Source: a bacterium (lineage in GTDB: Bacteria; Eisenbacteria; RBG-16-71-46). From it: a DNA stretch of 28,929 nucleotides. Under the pieces are notes generated by a model. It was not told the DNA's origin, made no database searches, and worked only from the letters and a program-made list of their open reading frames with translations. A program made the position numbers and the translations under genes. Positions 8,473 to 16,734 of the stretch are shown piece after piece. The stretch spans positions 1 through 28,929 of the forward strand of contig JAYWEM010000028.1 of NCBI GenBank assembly GCA_043779265.1, written 5' to 3'. Numbering within the stretch: position 1 is the first letter of the stretch; the number at the start of each line of letters is the position of its first letter.

Positions 8473-9192
8473 TCAGCGGACGCTCGGGCGCTTCTTCTCA
8501 CTGAGACGAGCGAGCCCCATGTACGTCACGGCGAGGCTCTTGGCGAGCGCCAGCTTGGGAGACCAGCGGATCCCCGTCTGCGCCTCGACGCGGGCGCCTC
8601 TCGTGCGCAGATGCCGCGCGAGGTCATCGGGACGGATGAAGCGATGGAAGTCGTGATGCCCGCGCGAGCGCGCCGGAGTCTCGTACTCCCACTTCCAGAT
8701 GATCTCCTTGAACGCTTCGAGTGTGGCGTTATGCGTGAGGTAGCCGAACCAACCGCCCGGCTTCAGCGCATGGAGCGCCTTGTCGAGCGTGCGCGGCAGG
8801 TCATTGACGTGTTCCAGCACGTCGACGGCGAAGACGATGTCGAACGCTTTGCGGTCCTTGATGTCCTCGGCGAAGCCGTGCCGGTAGTCGATGACGAGGC
8901 CCTCGCGCTTGGCATGCGCCCGCGCCAGCTTGAGCGTCTCTCGCGAGGGGTCGAGTGCGGTGACGTGGGCGCCCGAACGCGCGAGGTCCTCGCTCAGGAT
9001 GCCGCCGCCGCAGCCGATGTCCAGCACTCGGAGGCCGGCGAGCGCGGGCAGTTGGCCCACGAACCACGGGAAGCGGATGCGCTCCAGTTTCTGGAGTCCC
9101 ATGTCGGCTCGGTACCAATAGCCGGGGTCGGTTCGCGAGCGCAGGTCGTACTTCTTGAATTCGGGCAGGAATCGAAGGTCGGGTGCGGGCAT
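8473..9192 (-). CDS. ubiG: UbiG-like class I SAM-dependent O-methyltransferase
   Basis: VLDIGCGGGILSE, FDIVFAVDVLEHV, LKPGG, HDFHRFIRPDDL are typical of the UbiG family. Substrate is not established. Confidence 0.7.
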   Translation of the reverse strand: MPAPDLRFLPEFKKYDLRSRTDPGYWYRADMGLQKLERIRFPWFVGQLPALAGLRVLDIGCGGGILSEDLARSGAHVTALDPSRETLKLARAHAKREGLVIDYRHGFAEDIKDRKAFDIVFAVDVLEHVNDLPRTLDKALHALKPGGWFGYLTHNATLEAFKEIIWKWEYETPARSRGHHDFHRFIRPDDLARHLRTRGARVEAQTGIRWSPKLALAKSLAVTYMGLARLSEKKRPSVR

Positions 9193-9251
9193 GTCGTGAG
9201 CCTCGACGCTTGGCGTCGGGTGGTCAAGCGCTCGCGCCAGAAGCGCGCGCC

Positions 9252-9293
9252 AGAAGACAAGAAGCCCGATGACCGAGTGGTCACCGGGCTTCT
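9252..9293 (-). terminator. Rho-independent terminator after the two WGxIKxLYR genes
   Basis: Minus strand reads AGAAGCCCGGTGACC-ACTC-GGTCATCGGGCTTCT followed by TGTCTTCT; about 45 nt after the stop at 9337. Confidence 0.75.
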
Positions 9294-9336
9294 GCGGCGG
9301 AAGCAGTCGTACGGACCCGCTCGAGGGGCTCCGCGA

Positions 9337-10080
9337 CTAGCGGTACAGGGCCTTGATCTTGCCCCACGTTGAAGGCGTGGTCGACACGGGACAAGCCGGA
9401 GCATCGAACTTGCCGTTCGGATGTGCCATGTAGCCGGTCGGCAGACCCGACACCGCCCACAGACCATCCATCAGGCCGACGCCGCCCTTGGCCTGGCAGA
9501 GCTGGGACGAACCCGAGCCCGACAGGACCGTGTAGTTGCCACGGAACGAACCGTTGACCGTCCCGAAGCTGCTCTTCGTGATCGTGGTGACCAGCGAGTC
9601 CACCGCGCCGGCCAGGATCACGGTGCCATCCTGGTAGGTCGAGGGGACCGTGGCATTCGGCGGGTTGCTCGGCATCGAAGTCGGCGCGGGAGCATTGCGC
9701 GGCGAGCCCTCGTACACGGCGAAGGATCCACCGGTGTAGAGCGTCGTGTACTTCGTACCGCTCGAGCCGAACGGTGCGGTCGTCGTGCCGTTCGAAACGC
9801 CCGTGATCACGACCGTGTACTCCCTGAGTGGGTCGTTCGGATTGAGCGCGCCGAACGGTGCGCACCACAACGAGATCTGACTGACCATCGTCATGGTGTT
9901 GCCGACCGTGGAATTGTACGTGGCCTGCGTGTAGCCGGGCTCATAAGCGAAACCATTCGCATCCCACTTGAACAGGATGTTGGTTCCCGTGCCCGTGACG
10001 CACTGGGCCGAAGCCGCAGGTGTCAGGACGGTGGCGGCGAGCACCATCAGCAGAGCCGCCGTTCCGAGAATCCTCTTCAT
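9337..10080 (-). CDS. Secreted Thr/Ser/Gly-rich beta protein with C-terminal STWGKIKALYR tail
   Basis: GGGAGG SD before ATG 10080; signal peptide MKRILGTAALLMVLAATVLTPAASA; paralog of 10128..10838. Confidence 0.85.
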   Translation of the reverse strand: MKRILGTAALLMVLAATVLTPAASAQCVTGTGTNILFKWDANGFAYEPGYTQATYNSTVGNTMTMVSQISLWCAPFGALNPNDPLREYTVVITGVSNGTTTAPFGSSGTKYTTLYTGGSFAVYEGSPRNAPAPTSMPSNPPNATVPSTYQDGTVILAGAVDSLVTTITKSSFGTVNGSFRGNYTVLSGSGSSQLCQAKGGVGLMDGLWAVSGLPTGYMAHPNGKFDAPACPVSTTPSTWGKIKALYR

Positions 10081-10127
10081 ATGCAACCTCCCATGGCGCC
10101 GAGACGCCTTGATGTCGGGTTCGAGGT

Positions 10128-10838
10128 CTACCGGTACAGGGTCTTGATGGAACCCCAGGACTTGGCCTTCGAGTTCGTCGCGGTCGGGATCACGAGTTCA
10201 CCGGACAGCTGATTGATGTAGCCCTGCGGCACCGTCGCGTTGGGACGACCCGCAAGACCGCTCATCACCCAACCGCCAACCTGGCTCGGCGGGATCTGGC
10301 CGATCAGCGAGCCCTCATCCAGCGTCGCCGTGCCGATGAAGTTGCCCTGGTTCGAGTCGTAGTCGTAGACCAGAACGAGCTGGTCGACGTCGGCGCCGAG
10401 AATCAGTGTGCCATCCTCGAACGTGCTGGGCGACGTGCCGTTGGCCGGGTTGATGCCGTAGACGGCTGCGGTTCCCGTGGTGCGCGAATCCTCGAACGCA
10501 CGCATGCGGGCGTTATCCGCGAAGGACACCTCGAGCACGTTTCCGAACAGCGTGCTCGTTGCGACCGTCGCGTCGTAGAGGTGGAACGTGTACTCGTTCG
10601 CCACGTTGTCGAGTCCGACCAGGATCGGGCTGAACGACGTGATGAAACCGAGTGCGTGATACTGATCCGCCACTCCGAGGAATGACGACTCCGACGGCGA
10701 GCTGGCGCGCAGGCCGCCAGGGCCGGGCGCTGCGACGTAGTCGAAGCCGGTGAAGCCGAACAGGGTCTGCGTCTGCGAATACGCAGGAGCGGCGAATGTG
10801 ACGGCCGCCAGAAGGAGTAGCAAAGCACGACGCTTCAT
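10128..10838 (-). CDS. Secreted beta protein with C-terminal KSWGSIKTLYR tail
   Basis: GGGAGGT SD before ATG 10838; signal peptide MKRRALLLLLAAVTFAAPAYS. Confidence 0.85.
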   Translation of the reverse strand: MKRRALLLLLAAVTFAAPAYSQTQTLFGFTGFDYVAAPGPGGLRASSPSESSFLGVADQYHALGFITSFSPILVGLDNVANEYTFHLYDATVATSTLFGNVLEVSFADNARMRAFEDSRTTGTAAVYGINPANGTSPSTFEDGTLILGADVDQLVLVYDYDSNQGNFIGTATLDEGSLIGQIPPSQVGGWVMSGLAGRPNATVPQGYINQLSGELVIPTATNSKAKSWGSIKTLYR

Positions 10839-11070
10839 CGAGCACCTCCCATGGGATCCGAAGGGAATTCTCATCACGATGTTCTCGAACGAGCACTCGC
10901 GACTGCACGGGTTCTCGTCTGAGCGGCGAGCAGGGGGGGGCGCTCGCCAATTGGGGGATCATTCGAAACTGAGGTGATCACTCGTCCCGTGGAATCCGAG
11001 GGGGAGTGGGTCCTCGACCGAGCCGGGCCCGCGCTCGTCACTTCGACTTGAAACTGGTAGCCGCGAGCGC

Positions 11071-11098
11071 AGTATAGATGCGTGACCGAAGTGCGCAA
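11071..11098 (-). promoter_or_regulatory. Putative sigma70-type promoter
   Basis: TTGCGC-N16-TATACT on the minus strand, in the intergenic region about 230 nt upstream of ATG 10838. Confidence 0.5.
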
Positions 11099-11191
11099 GG
11101 GAAACAATTGCAGCAGTTTGGCTCGGCTGGTCGAGGCGCGGAGCGGGTTCAGTCGGACTGCACGGAACGCTCCTGGGGACCGCTCGACAGC

Positions 11192-11206
11192 GCAATTCCT
11201 TTGCCA
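11192..11206 (-). promoter_or_regulatory. Putative sigma54 (-24/-12) promoter
   Basis: TGGCAAAGGAATTGC = GG-N10-GC, one mismatch to TGGCAC-N5-TTGC, oriented toward the secreted-protein pair. Confidence 0.55.
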
Positions 11207-11229
11207 TGTGGGAGGCGCGGCGTGGGTGT

Positions 11230-12795
11230 TCACCTCGAGGCGTCGATGTGTTGTTCCACTGAACGAATGGCGACTCCGATCGAGGCCACACCGATGCCGA
11301 TTCCTAGGAGTGCCGAGAGCAGCTCGGGCCCGAGTCCCGCGCCTTCGATACCCCAACCGAGCACCGACCAGGCTCCAGCCTGGAGGATCGCGGCGAGCGA
11401 GGCGATCAGTCGGCCACCCAGTCCGAGCATGGCGCGGGGGTGGACCCAGTCCGGGTCGCCCGCCATCGCACCGGTCGCGAAGCCGACGCCGATCGCGGTG
11501 GCCCATGCGCCGGCACCGAGCAGCGCGGCATGTGCCAGCGCCTCGCCGCTCGGACGAAGCATGAGCGCCAAGATGAGGAACGACAGCAGCATGATCGGCA
11601 GCGAGAACATCGCGACGCCTGCCATGCGCCTCACGACCCATCCCGACACCCCGACGGGCGAGAGCCGCGACCACACCAGCAGATGCCGCTCGAGCGGCAG
11701 CGCGCGCGCCGCGACCTCGTAGCCGAGGCCTGTCGCCAGCAGCACGAGCATGCTGCGAAGGAGCGCCGCGGGCGTCAGCTCGAGTGCCGGCGCGAGGATG
11801 AGAGGAAGCAACAGCCACAGCACTGCGGCCGTGACGATGTCGGCGACCATCGTCCAGTCGCGCATGAGCAGCGCCGAGTCGCGTCGGAGGAACGCGGCGG
11901 TGAGCGAGCGCGCCCGCGAGAGCGGCCGGGAGCGAGCGGCGCGACGCTCGCCCGAGGCGGCCCGCGACTGCACATCGTCGAGCCACAGGTGCGAGGCGCC
12001 GCCGGCGAGCGCGGCAGCCGCCAGCGCCGCCAGTGCGAGCGCCGCCCAGGCGACGCCATCGCCGCGCATCGCGTTCATCGCCCACGCCGCCGGTGACCAC
12101 GCGGGCGGATGGGGCAGCGTGTGCAGCATCTCCGAGAGGACGACGTCGAGGCCGTGCTCGCGATCGACTCTCGGCAGGAGGAACGAGCTGGCGAGCCAGG
12201 TCGCGGTGACGATCAACGTCGCGAGCAGGCCGAGCGCCTCGCGGAGTCTCGCGGCGGGCGTGATGCGCAAGAGCGCGAGTGCCAGCGCGAGCCCTGTTCC
12301 CAGGGCGACGGCCCACAGCAGCACGAGCACCGGCGCCAGCAGGAACGACTGCGTGGCGAGTGAGGGATAGGCGCTCACGAGCCCGAACCACGCGGGCAGC
12401 GAGAAGGCGAGCAGCATGCCGGTGCTCTGGGGCAGCGAGCGAAGGAGCGAGATCGCGAGCACCTGCTGGGGTGCGAGCGGGGCGCGCCGCAGCAGTTCGA
12501 GATCGCGAGCCGCCACCAACTGCGTCACCGCGAGCTGGAGGTCCAGCACGAGCATGCCGACGATGGCCACTTGCAGGATCCACGCGAACACGCGCTCGGC
12601 GGTCGGCTGCGGCACGCCCGCGTTCGCGAAGGCACCGAACGTCTGGACGAAGGTCCACAAGAGGAAGCCCACCAGCATCAGGCCGAGCACCGTGGCTCCC
12701 GCACCACCTCTCAGCCGGAAGCCACCGCGGCCGCTCGTCCACCACTGCGTGCGCAGGAGAGCGGCCTGCGTGCCGAGCACGCCGGCCCATCTCAT
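11230..12795 (-). CDS. Putative ABC exporter permease (multi-TM)
   Basis: More than 10 hydrophobic segments; DLELLRRAPL and FLRRDSALLMRD motifs. ATG overlaps the stop of the ABC ATPase. Confidence 0.8.
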   Translation of the reverse strand: MRWAGVLGTQAALLRTQWWTSGRGGFRLRGGAGATVLGLMLVGFLLWTFVQTFGAFANAGVPQPTAERVFAWILQVAIVGMLVLDLQLAVTQLVAARDLELLRRAPLAPQQVLAISLLRSLPQSTGMLLAFSLPAWFGLVSAYPSLATQSFLLAPVLVLLWAVALGTGLALALALLRITPAARLREALGLLATLIVTATWLASSFLLPRVDREHGLDVVLSEMLHTLPHPPAWSPAAWAMNAMRGDGVAWAALALAALAAAALAGGASHLWLDDVQSRAASGERRAARSRPLSRARSLTAAFLRRDSALLMRDWTMVADIVTAAVLWLLLPLILAPALELTPAALLRSMLVLLATGLGYEVAARALPLERHLLVWSRLSPVGVSGWVVRRMAGVAMFSLPIMLLSFLILALMLRPSGEALAHAALLGAGAWATAIGVGFATGAMAGDPDWVHPRAMLGLGGRLIASLAAILQAGAWSVLGWGIEGAGLGPELLSALLGIGIGVASIGVAIRSVEQHIDASR

Positions 12796-13538
12796 GGCGC
12801 GTCGTCGCCCTGATGTTCGAGGAACAGATCCTCGAGCGAAGTGTCGGAGCGCCCGCCTTGTAGCTCGGCGAGCGTGCCGGAGGCGGCGACGCGGCCGCGC
12901 TTGAGGATCACGACGCGATCGCAGAGCCGTTCGGCGACATCGAGGAGATGCGTCGAGACGAGGACGCCGCCGCCTCGCGCGACATGCTCTCGGAGCAGGT
13001 CCTTGAGCGCGCGTGCGGCCTGAGGATCGAGGCCGACGAGCGGCTCATCGAGCATCAGCATTCGAGGCGCGTGCAGCATCGCCATCGCCACCGCCAGCTT
13101 CTGGCGCATGCCGAGCGAGGCCTCCTCGAGTCGCTGATCGGCATGCTCGGTGAGCGACAGTCTTGCGATCAAGGCCTCGCCTCGCTCGCGCGCGGCTCCG
13201 GCCGGCACGTCGTAGAGCGCGGCGATGAACTCCAGGTGCTCTCGGTGGGTGAGGCGTTCATGGACGTACGGGTGATCGGGGACGAACCCGATCGCGGCCT
13301 TCGCCTGCTTCGGGGAGCGAGCGAGGTCGTGCCCCGCGACCATGATGCGGCCGCCATGTGGGCGCAGCAGCCCCGTCGCGCAGCGCAGGGTGGTGGTCTT
13401 GCCGGCGCCGTTGGCTCCAAGGAACCCGACGATCTCGCCCGGCGAGACGTTCAGCGAGATGCCATCGACCGCGGTGAGTGCGCCGTAGCGCCGGACCAGT
13501 CCCTCGATCGCCAGCACGGCGCCCGTGGCGTCGCTCAC
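12792..13538 (-). CDS. ABC transporter ATP-binding protein
   Basis: Walker A GANGAGKT, signature SLGMRQK, Walker B LMLDEP, H-loop STH, C-terminal SLEDLFL. Confidence 0.95.
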   Translation of the reverse strand: MSDATGAVLAIEGLVRRYGALTAVDGISLNVSPGEIVGFLGANGAGKTTTLRCATGLLRPHGGRIMVAGHDLARSPKQAKAAIGFVPDHPYVHERLTHREHLEFIAALYDVPAGAARERGEALIARLSLTEHADQRLEEASLGMRQKLAVAMAMLHAPRMLMLDEPLVGLDPQAARALKDLLREHVARGGGVLVSTHLLDVAERLCDRVVILKRGRVAASGTLAELQGGRSDTSLEDLFLEHQGDDAP

Positions 13539-14533
13539 GCCGAGATCGCCTCGGCGAGCCGAGGCAGGCTCTCGTCGTAGCGATACGAGACGTTCATGTG
13601 GGCATCGTCATACTCGAGGTGCGTGTGAGCGATGCCGCGCGCCTCGAGTGCGCGCACGAAGAGCCGCAGGCCGAGATGCAGGTGGTACTCGTCGCGCGTG
13701 CCGCAATCGAGGTAGACGAGCCGCATCGAGCGCAGCGCTTCGGCATGCGACTCCAGCATCGTGAGCGGGTCGTGCTGCACCCAGCGCTGCCACACGTCGT
13801 CACGGAACGCGCCGGTCGTGAGATCGAAGGGCAGCGCCACGCCGAGTTCGGCCGAAGGATCGGGCGAGTAGCAGGCCGCCATGCCGAGGATCTCGAAGCC
13901 CTTGAAGTCGGACTTGGACTTCTGATGCTTGCGCTCGAACCCTTCGAGGAACGCCTTGGGCCCACCCGCCTGCTGGATCACATCGCAGGCCGCCGGCAGC
14001 TCGGGCCGGTAGCAGTACTCGAAGTAGAGGTCCCCGCTGTGTGAGCCCATCGCTCCGAACAGGTCGGGGTGGCGCATCGCCAGTCGAAGCGAGCCGTAGC
14101 CGCCGGAGGACTTGCCCACGACCGCACGATGCTCGCGTGCCGCGAGCGTGCGATAGGTGCGATCGACGTACGGAAGGAGTTCTTCGATCAAGTGCGTCTC
14201 GTAACGGCCGGTGGCGCTCGAGTCGAGGTACTGCGAGCCGCCGAAGCGCGTGTAGCAGTCGGGCATCACTACGATGCACTCACGCATCCTCCCGCTGGCG
14301 ATGAGGCCGTCGAGGCGCTCATCGAGCGGTGGGCTGAACGTGTTGTCGTTGAGCAGCATCCTGCCGCGTCCGGTGAAGCCGGTGATCACGACGATCACGG
14401 GGAAGCGGCGCGTGGGCTCGGGGTCATAGGAGGGCGGCAGGTACACGGGCACGCACCTCACATGCGGGTCACCGGCGGCGTTGCCACGCAGCACCTGGCT
14501 GTCGAAGGACTCGATGATCACACGACCGGGCAT
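13535..14533 (-). CDS. Alpha/beta hydrolase, putative esterase (Fes-like family)
   Basis: VYLPPSY, nucleophile elbow GKSSGG, LDCGTRDEY, candidate catalytic His in DDAH. Confidence 0.88.
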   Translation of the reverse strand: MPGRVIIESFDSQVLRGNAAGDPHVRCVPVYLPPSYDPEPTRRFPVIVVITGFTGRGRMLLNDNTFSPPLDERLDGLIASGRMRECIVVMPDCYTRFGGSQYLDSSATGRYETHLIEELLPYVDRTYRTLAAREHRAVVGKSSGGYGSLRLAMRHPDLFGAMGSHSGDLYFEYCYRPELPAACDVIQQAGGPKAFLEGFERKHQKSKSDFKGFEILGMAACYSPDPSAELGVALPFDLTTGAFRDDVWQRWVQHDPLTMLESHAEALRSMRLVYLDCGTRDEYHLHLGLRLFVRALEARGIAHTHLEYDDAHMNVSYRYDESLPRLAEAISA

Positions 14534-14548
14534 GCGGGCCTCATGGGT

Positions 14549-16594
14549 TCAAGGTCGGAGGCCGCGCGGTGCGCGCGGCTTGGGCAACTGGGCGATGCGG
14601 CCCTCGCCCGGCGATCGCGAGGCGATCAGCGAGTCGAGTCGCAGCACCGTGGGTTCGAAGGCGAGATCGGGATGGCGCTTTCGCAGCTCGTCGAGCTGAC
14701 GGCTGGCGATGTCGTCGAGCCGTGCGGCGGTGAGGCCAGCGGCCAGGTCGAGTCGCGCGAGCCAGTCCTCGGGGTTGAGGCGAGAGGCCACCAGAGTCTC
14801 GAGCAGAGCGTACTTGGTGTTGATCGGCAGCAGGAGTGCGCCCAGTTCGGCGTGCGGCACCGGCTGACCGATGCCCGAACGGATGGCCTCGATGAGCGCG
14901 CGGCGAGCGCCCAAGGTGTCTCGCTCATCGAGAGCAGTGCGCGCTGCCCTCAATGCGCGAAGATGCGCCACCGAGTCGTCACGCGCGCCCCACGCACTCC
15001 ACGCCTGCTCGGCGGCGGGACGATTCTCCTGCCACAAGTGCGCCCAGCCGAGCCAGTAGAGATGGTCGATCCGGCTCTCTCCCGCTTCGAGTCCTCGTCG
15101 GAATGCATGGCTCGCGCCGCTCGGCCGCTCGAGCAGCAGCAGATCGGTGCCGACCTGGAAGAACGGATCGGCGGCCTTGGAGTAGAGGTGTTCGAAGTCG
15201 AGCCCGTTCCAGCACAGGAACACGCAGGGGTGCTGGGCCGCTGTCGTGTCGCCGAACTGCGAGTAGAACCACGACTCGAGCGTGTCGTCGCGGTAGAGTC
15301 CGCGCACGGCGGCGCCGCTGCCCATCTGGAATCCGGCCCATGGCGGCATGGTCGCGAAGAAGAAGCGCGTGTTCGGTGCGGGCTCGGGCTCGACTCGGCG
15401 CAGGGCGTCCGCCAGCTGTCGCGACATTGCCGCGCCGCGTTCGAAGTAGTGCGCGGTGAGGCGGGAGCCCGGGTTCCACGGATCGTCGGTGACTGCGAAT
15501 GCCGGGATGGCGCTGACCGCGGCGTGCAGCCACAGCATGGCGGTGGTCATGACGAGCGTGGCCGGGCGTGGCCAGCGACGTGACGCGAGCGCCACCAGGA
15601 GCGCCCCCCCGATCGCGGCCAGCGTGTAGAAGTAGCTCGACCAGATCGCGGCGACCGGGATCGTGGGCAGCGTGAAGAGGACGGTCCAGACGAGCGCGAA
15701 GTTCAGCGCAGCCCGCGGGTCGATGGCGGCGGGCTCGGGCGGCGTCTCGGGTGCTCGCCGCGCGAGTGTCGCCGCGAGCAACAGCGCGAGCGCCGCGATG
15801 GAGGGTGTGGTCGAGAGAAGCGACGAGACGAGCTGCGCTGGGAACTCGATGCCCGTCAGCGCCTGCGCGAGATGGACGAACGAGGCGGTGAGCGTCGTGA
15901 TCGACAGTGCGCCAGCCGCTGCCGCGAGCGGGGCGCCCTTGACCACAAGCAGGGTCCCCGCCAGCCACAGCGCGATGGGTATCGAGAAGGGAGCGAGTCG
16001 CTTGATCACGGCCGAGAGATCGCGGCCCTCGATGCACCATGCCCACATCCCGAGCATCAGCGGCAGCGGCAGCGCCGATTCCTTGCTGAGCACCGCGGCC
16101 GTGAATGCGACCAGCGCGAGGCGGTCGCGGCCACGGCGGAACAACGCCATCGCGGCCAGCGCCGAGACCATCGCCAGCAGATCCTGACTGCACGAGATCC
16201 AGGTCAGGTTCACGCGCTGGAAGGGCAAGAGCAGCAGATAGAGGAGCCCCGTCCACGCGCCCGCCTGGCCCGCCATCGCCCGCATCAGATCGAATGCCAG
16301 CCAGCCGCCCGTCAACAGCAGGAGGAGGTTGGCGATGTGGAACACCATCGGCTCACCGCCCGAGAGCGGGCCCAGCAGCTCGAACCACACCGGCCGCGAG
16401 AGCGGGCGGAAGTAATTGGAGAGCGCGTCGGGCCGGGTCAGCGACTCGATCAGACTCTGCCGCCTCGCCTGTTCGAGGAACAGGTGGTCGTCGTTGAGGA
16501 ACCCGACCGTGAGGGCGCCGGCGTAGAGCGCCACCACCCCGGCGACGAGGAGGACGGGGGCGAGCCAGCGGGGCATGGAGGTGGCGTTGGGCAT
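14549..16594 (-). CDS. Integral-membrane GT-C (PMT/TMTC-like) glycosyltransferase with C-terminal TPR-like region
   Basis: TM1 followed by GFLNDDHLF (DD motif), YFRPL, FHIANLLL, LSKESA, about 11 TM helices, then helical TPR-like repeats. Start at 16594 or 16576. Confidence 0.7.
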   Translation of the reverse strand: MPNATSMPRWLAPVLLVAGVVALYAGALTVGFLNDDHLFLEQARRQSLIESLTRPDALSNYFRPLSRPVWFELLGPLSGGEPMVFHIANLLLLLTGGWLAFDLMRAMAGQAGAWTGLLYLLLLPFQRVNLTWISCSQDLLAMVSALAAMALFRRGRDRLALVAFTAAVLSKESALPLPLMLGMWAWCIEGRDLSAVIKRLAPFSIPIALWLAGTLLVVKGAPLAAAAGALSITTLTASFVHLAQALTGIEFPAQLVSSLLSTTPSIAALALLLAATLARRAPETPPEPAAIDPRAALNFALVWTVLFTLPTIPVAAIWSSYFYTLAAIGGALLVALASRRWPRPATLVMTTAMLWLHAAVSAIPAFAVTDDPWNPGSRLTAHYFERGAAMSRQLADALRRVEPEPAPNTRFFFATMPPWAGFQMGSGAAVRGLYRDDTLESWFYSQFGDTTAAQHPCVFLCWNGLDFEHLYSKAADPFFQVGTDLLLLERPSGASHAFRRGLEAGESRIDHLYWLGWAHLWQENRPAAEQAWSAWGARDDSVAHLRALRAARTALDERDTLGARRALIEAIRSGIGQPVPHAELGALLLPINTKYALLETLVASRLNPEDWLARLDLAAGLTAARLDDIASRQLDELRKRHPDLAFEPTVLRLDSLIASRSPGEGRIAQLPKPRAPRGLRP

Positions 16595-16656
16595 GGCAGC
16601 GGACTCTACCGCGAGGGCTGGCGGGCCTGCACGGCCGGTCGGGAGGCGGCAGCGAG

Positions 16657-16688
16657 GGCTCAACCCCTCCCCCTCCCCCGGCCGATAA
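16657..16688 (+). promoter_or_regulatory. Sigma28/FliA-WhiG-like promoter motif, copy 1
   Basis: GGCTCAA-N14-CCGGCCGATAA, 46 nt upstream of the kinase ATG. GCCGATAA is the canonical sigma28 -10 element. Confidence 0.5.
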
Positions 16689-16734
16689 CCGGGGGGACGA
16701 TCCGTGCCCCGGCTGACCCCCCCCGGAGACCTGC

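Noticed and set aside
10874..12790. 638-aa Arg/Ala-rich minus-strand ORF
   Set aside because: It is an alternative frame of the ABC permease gene with typical off-frame GC composition.
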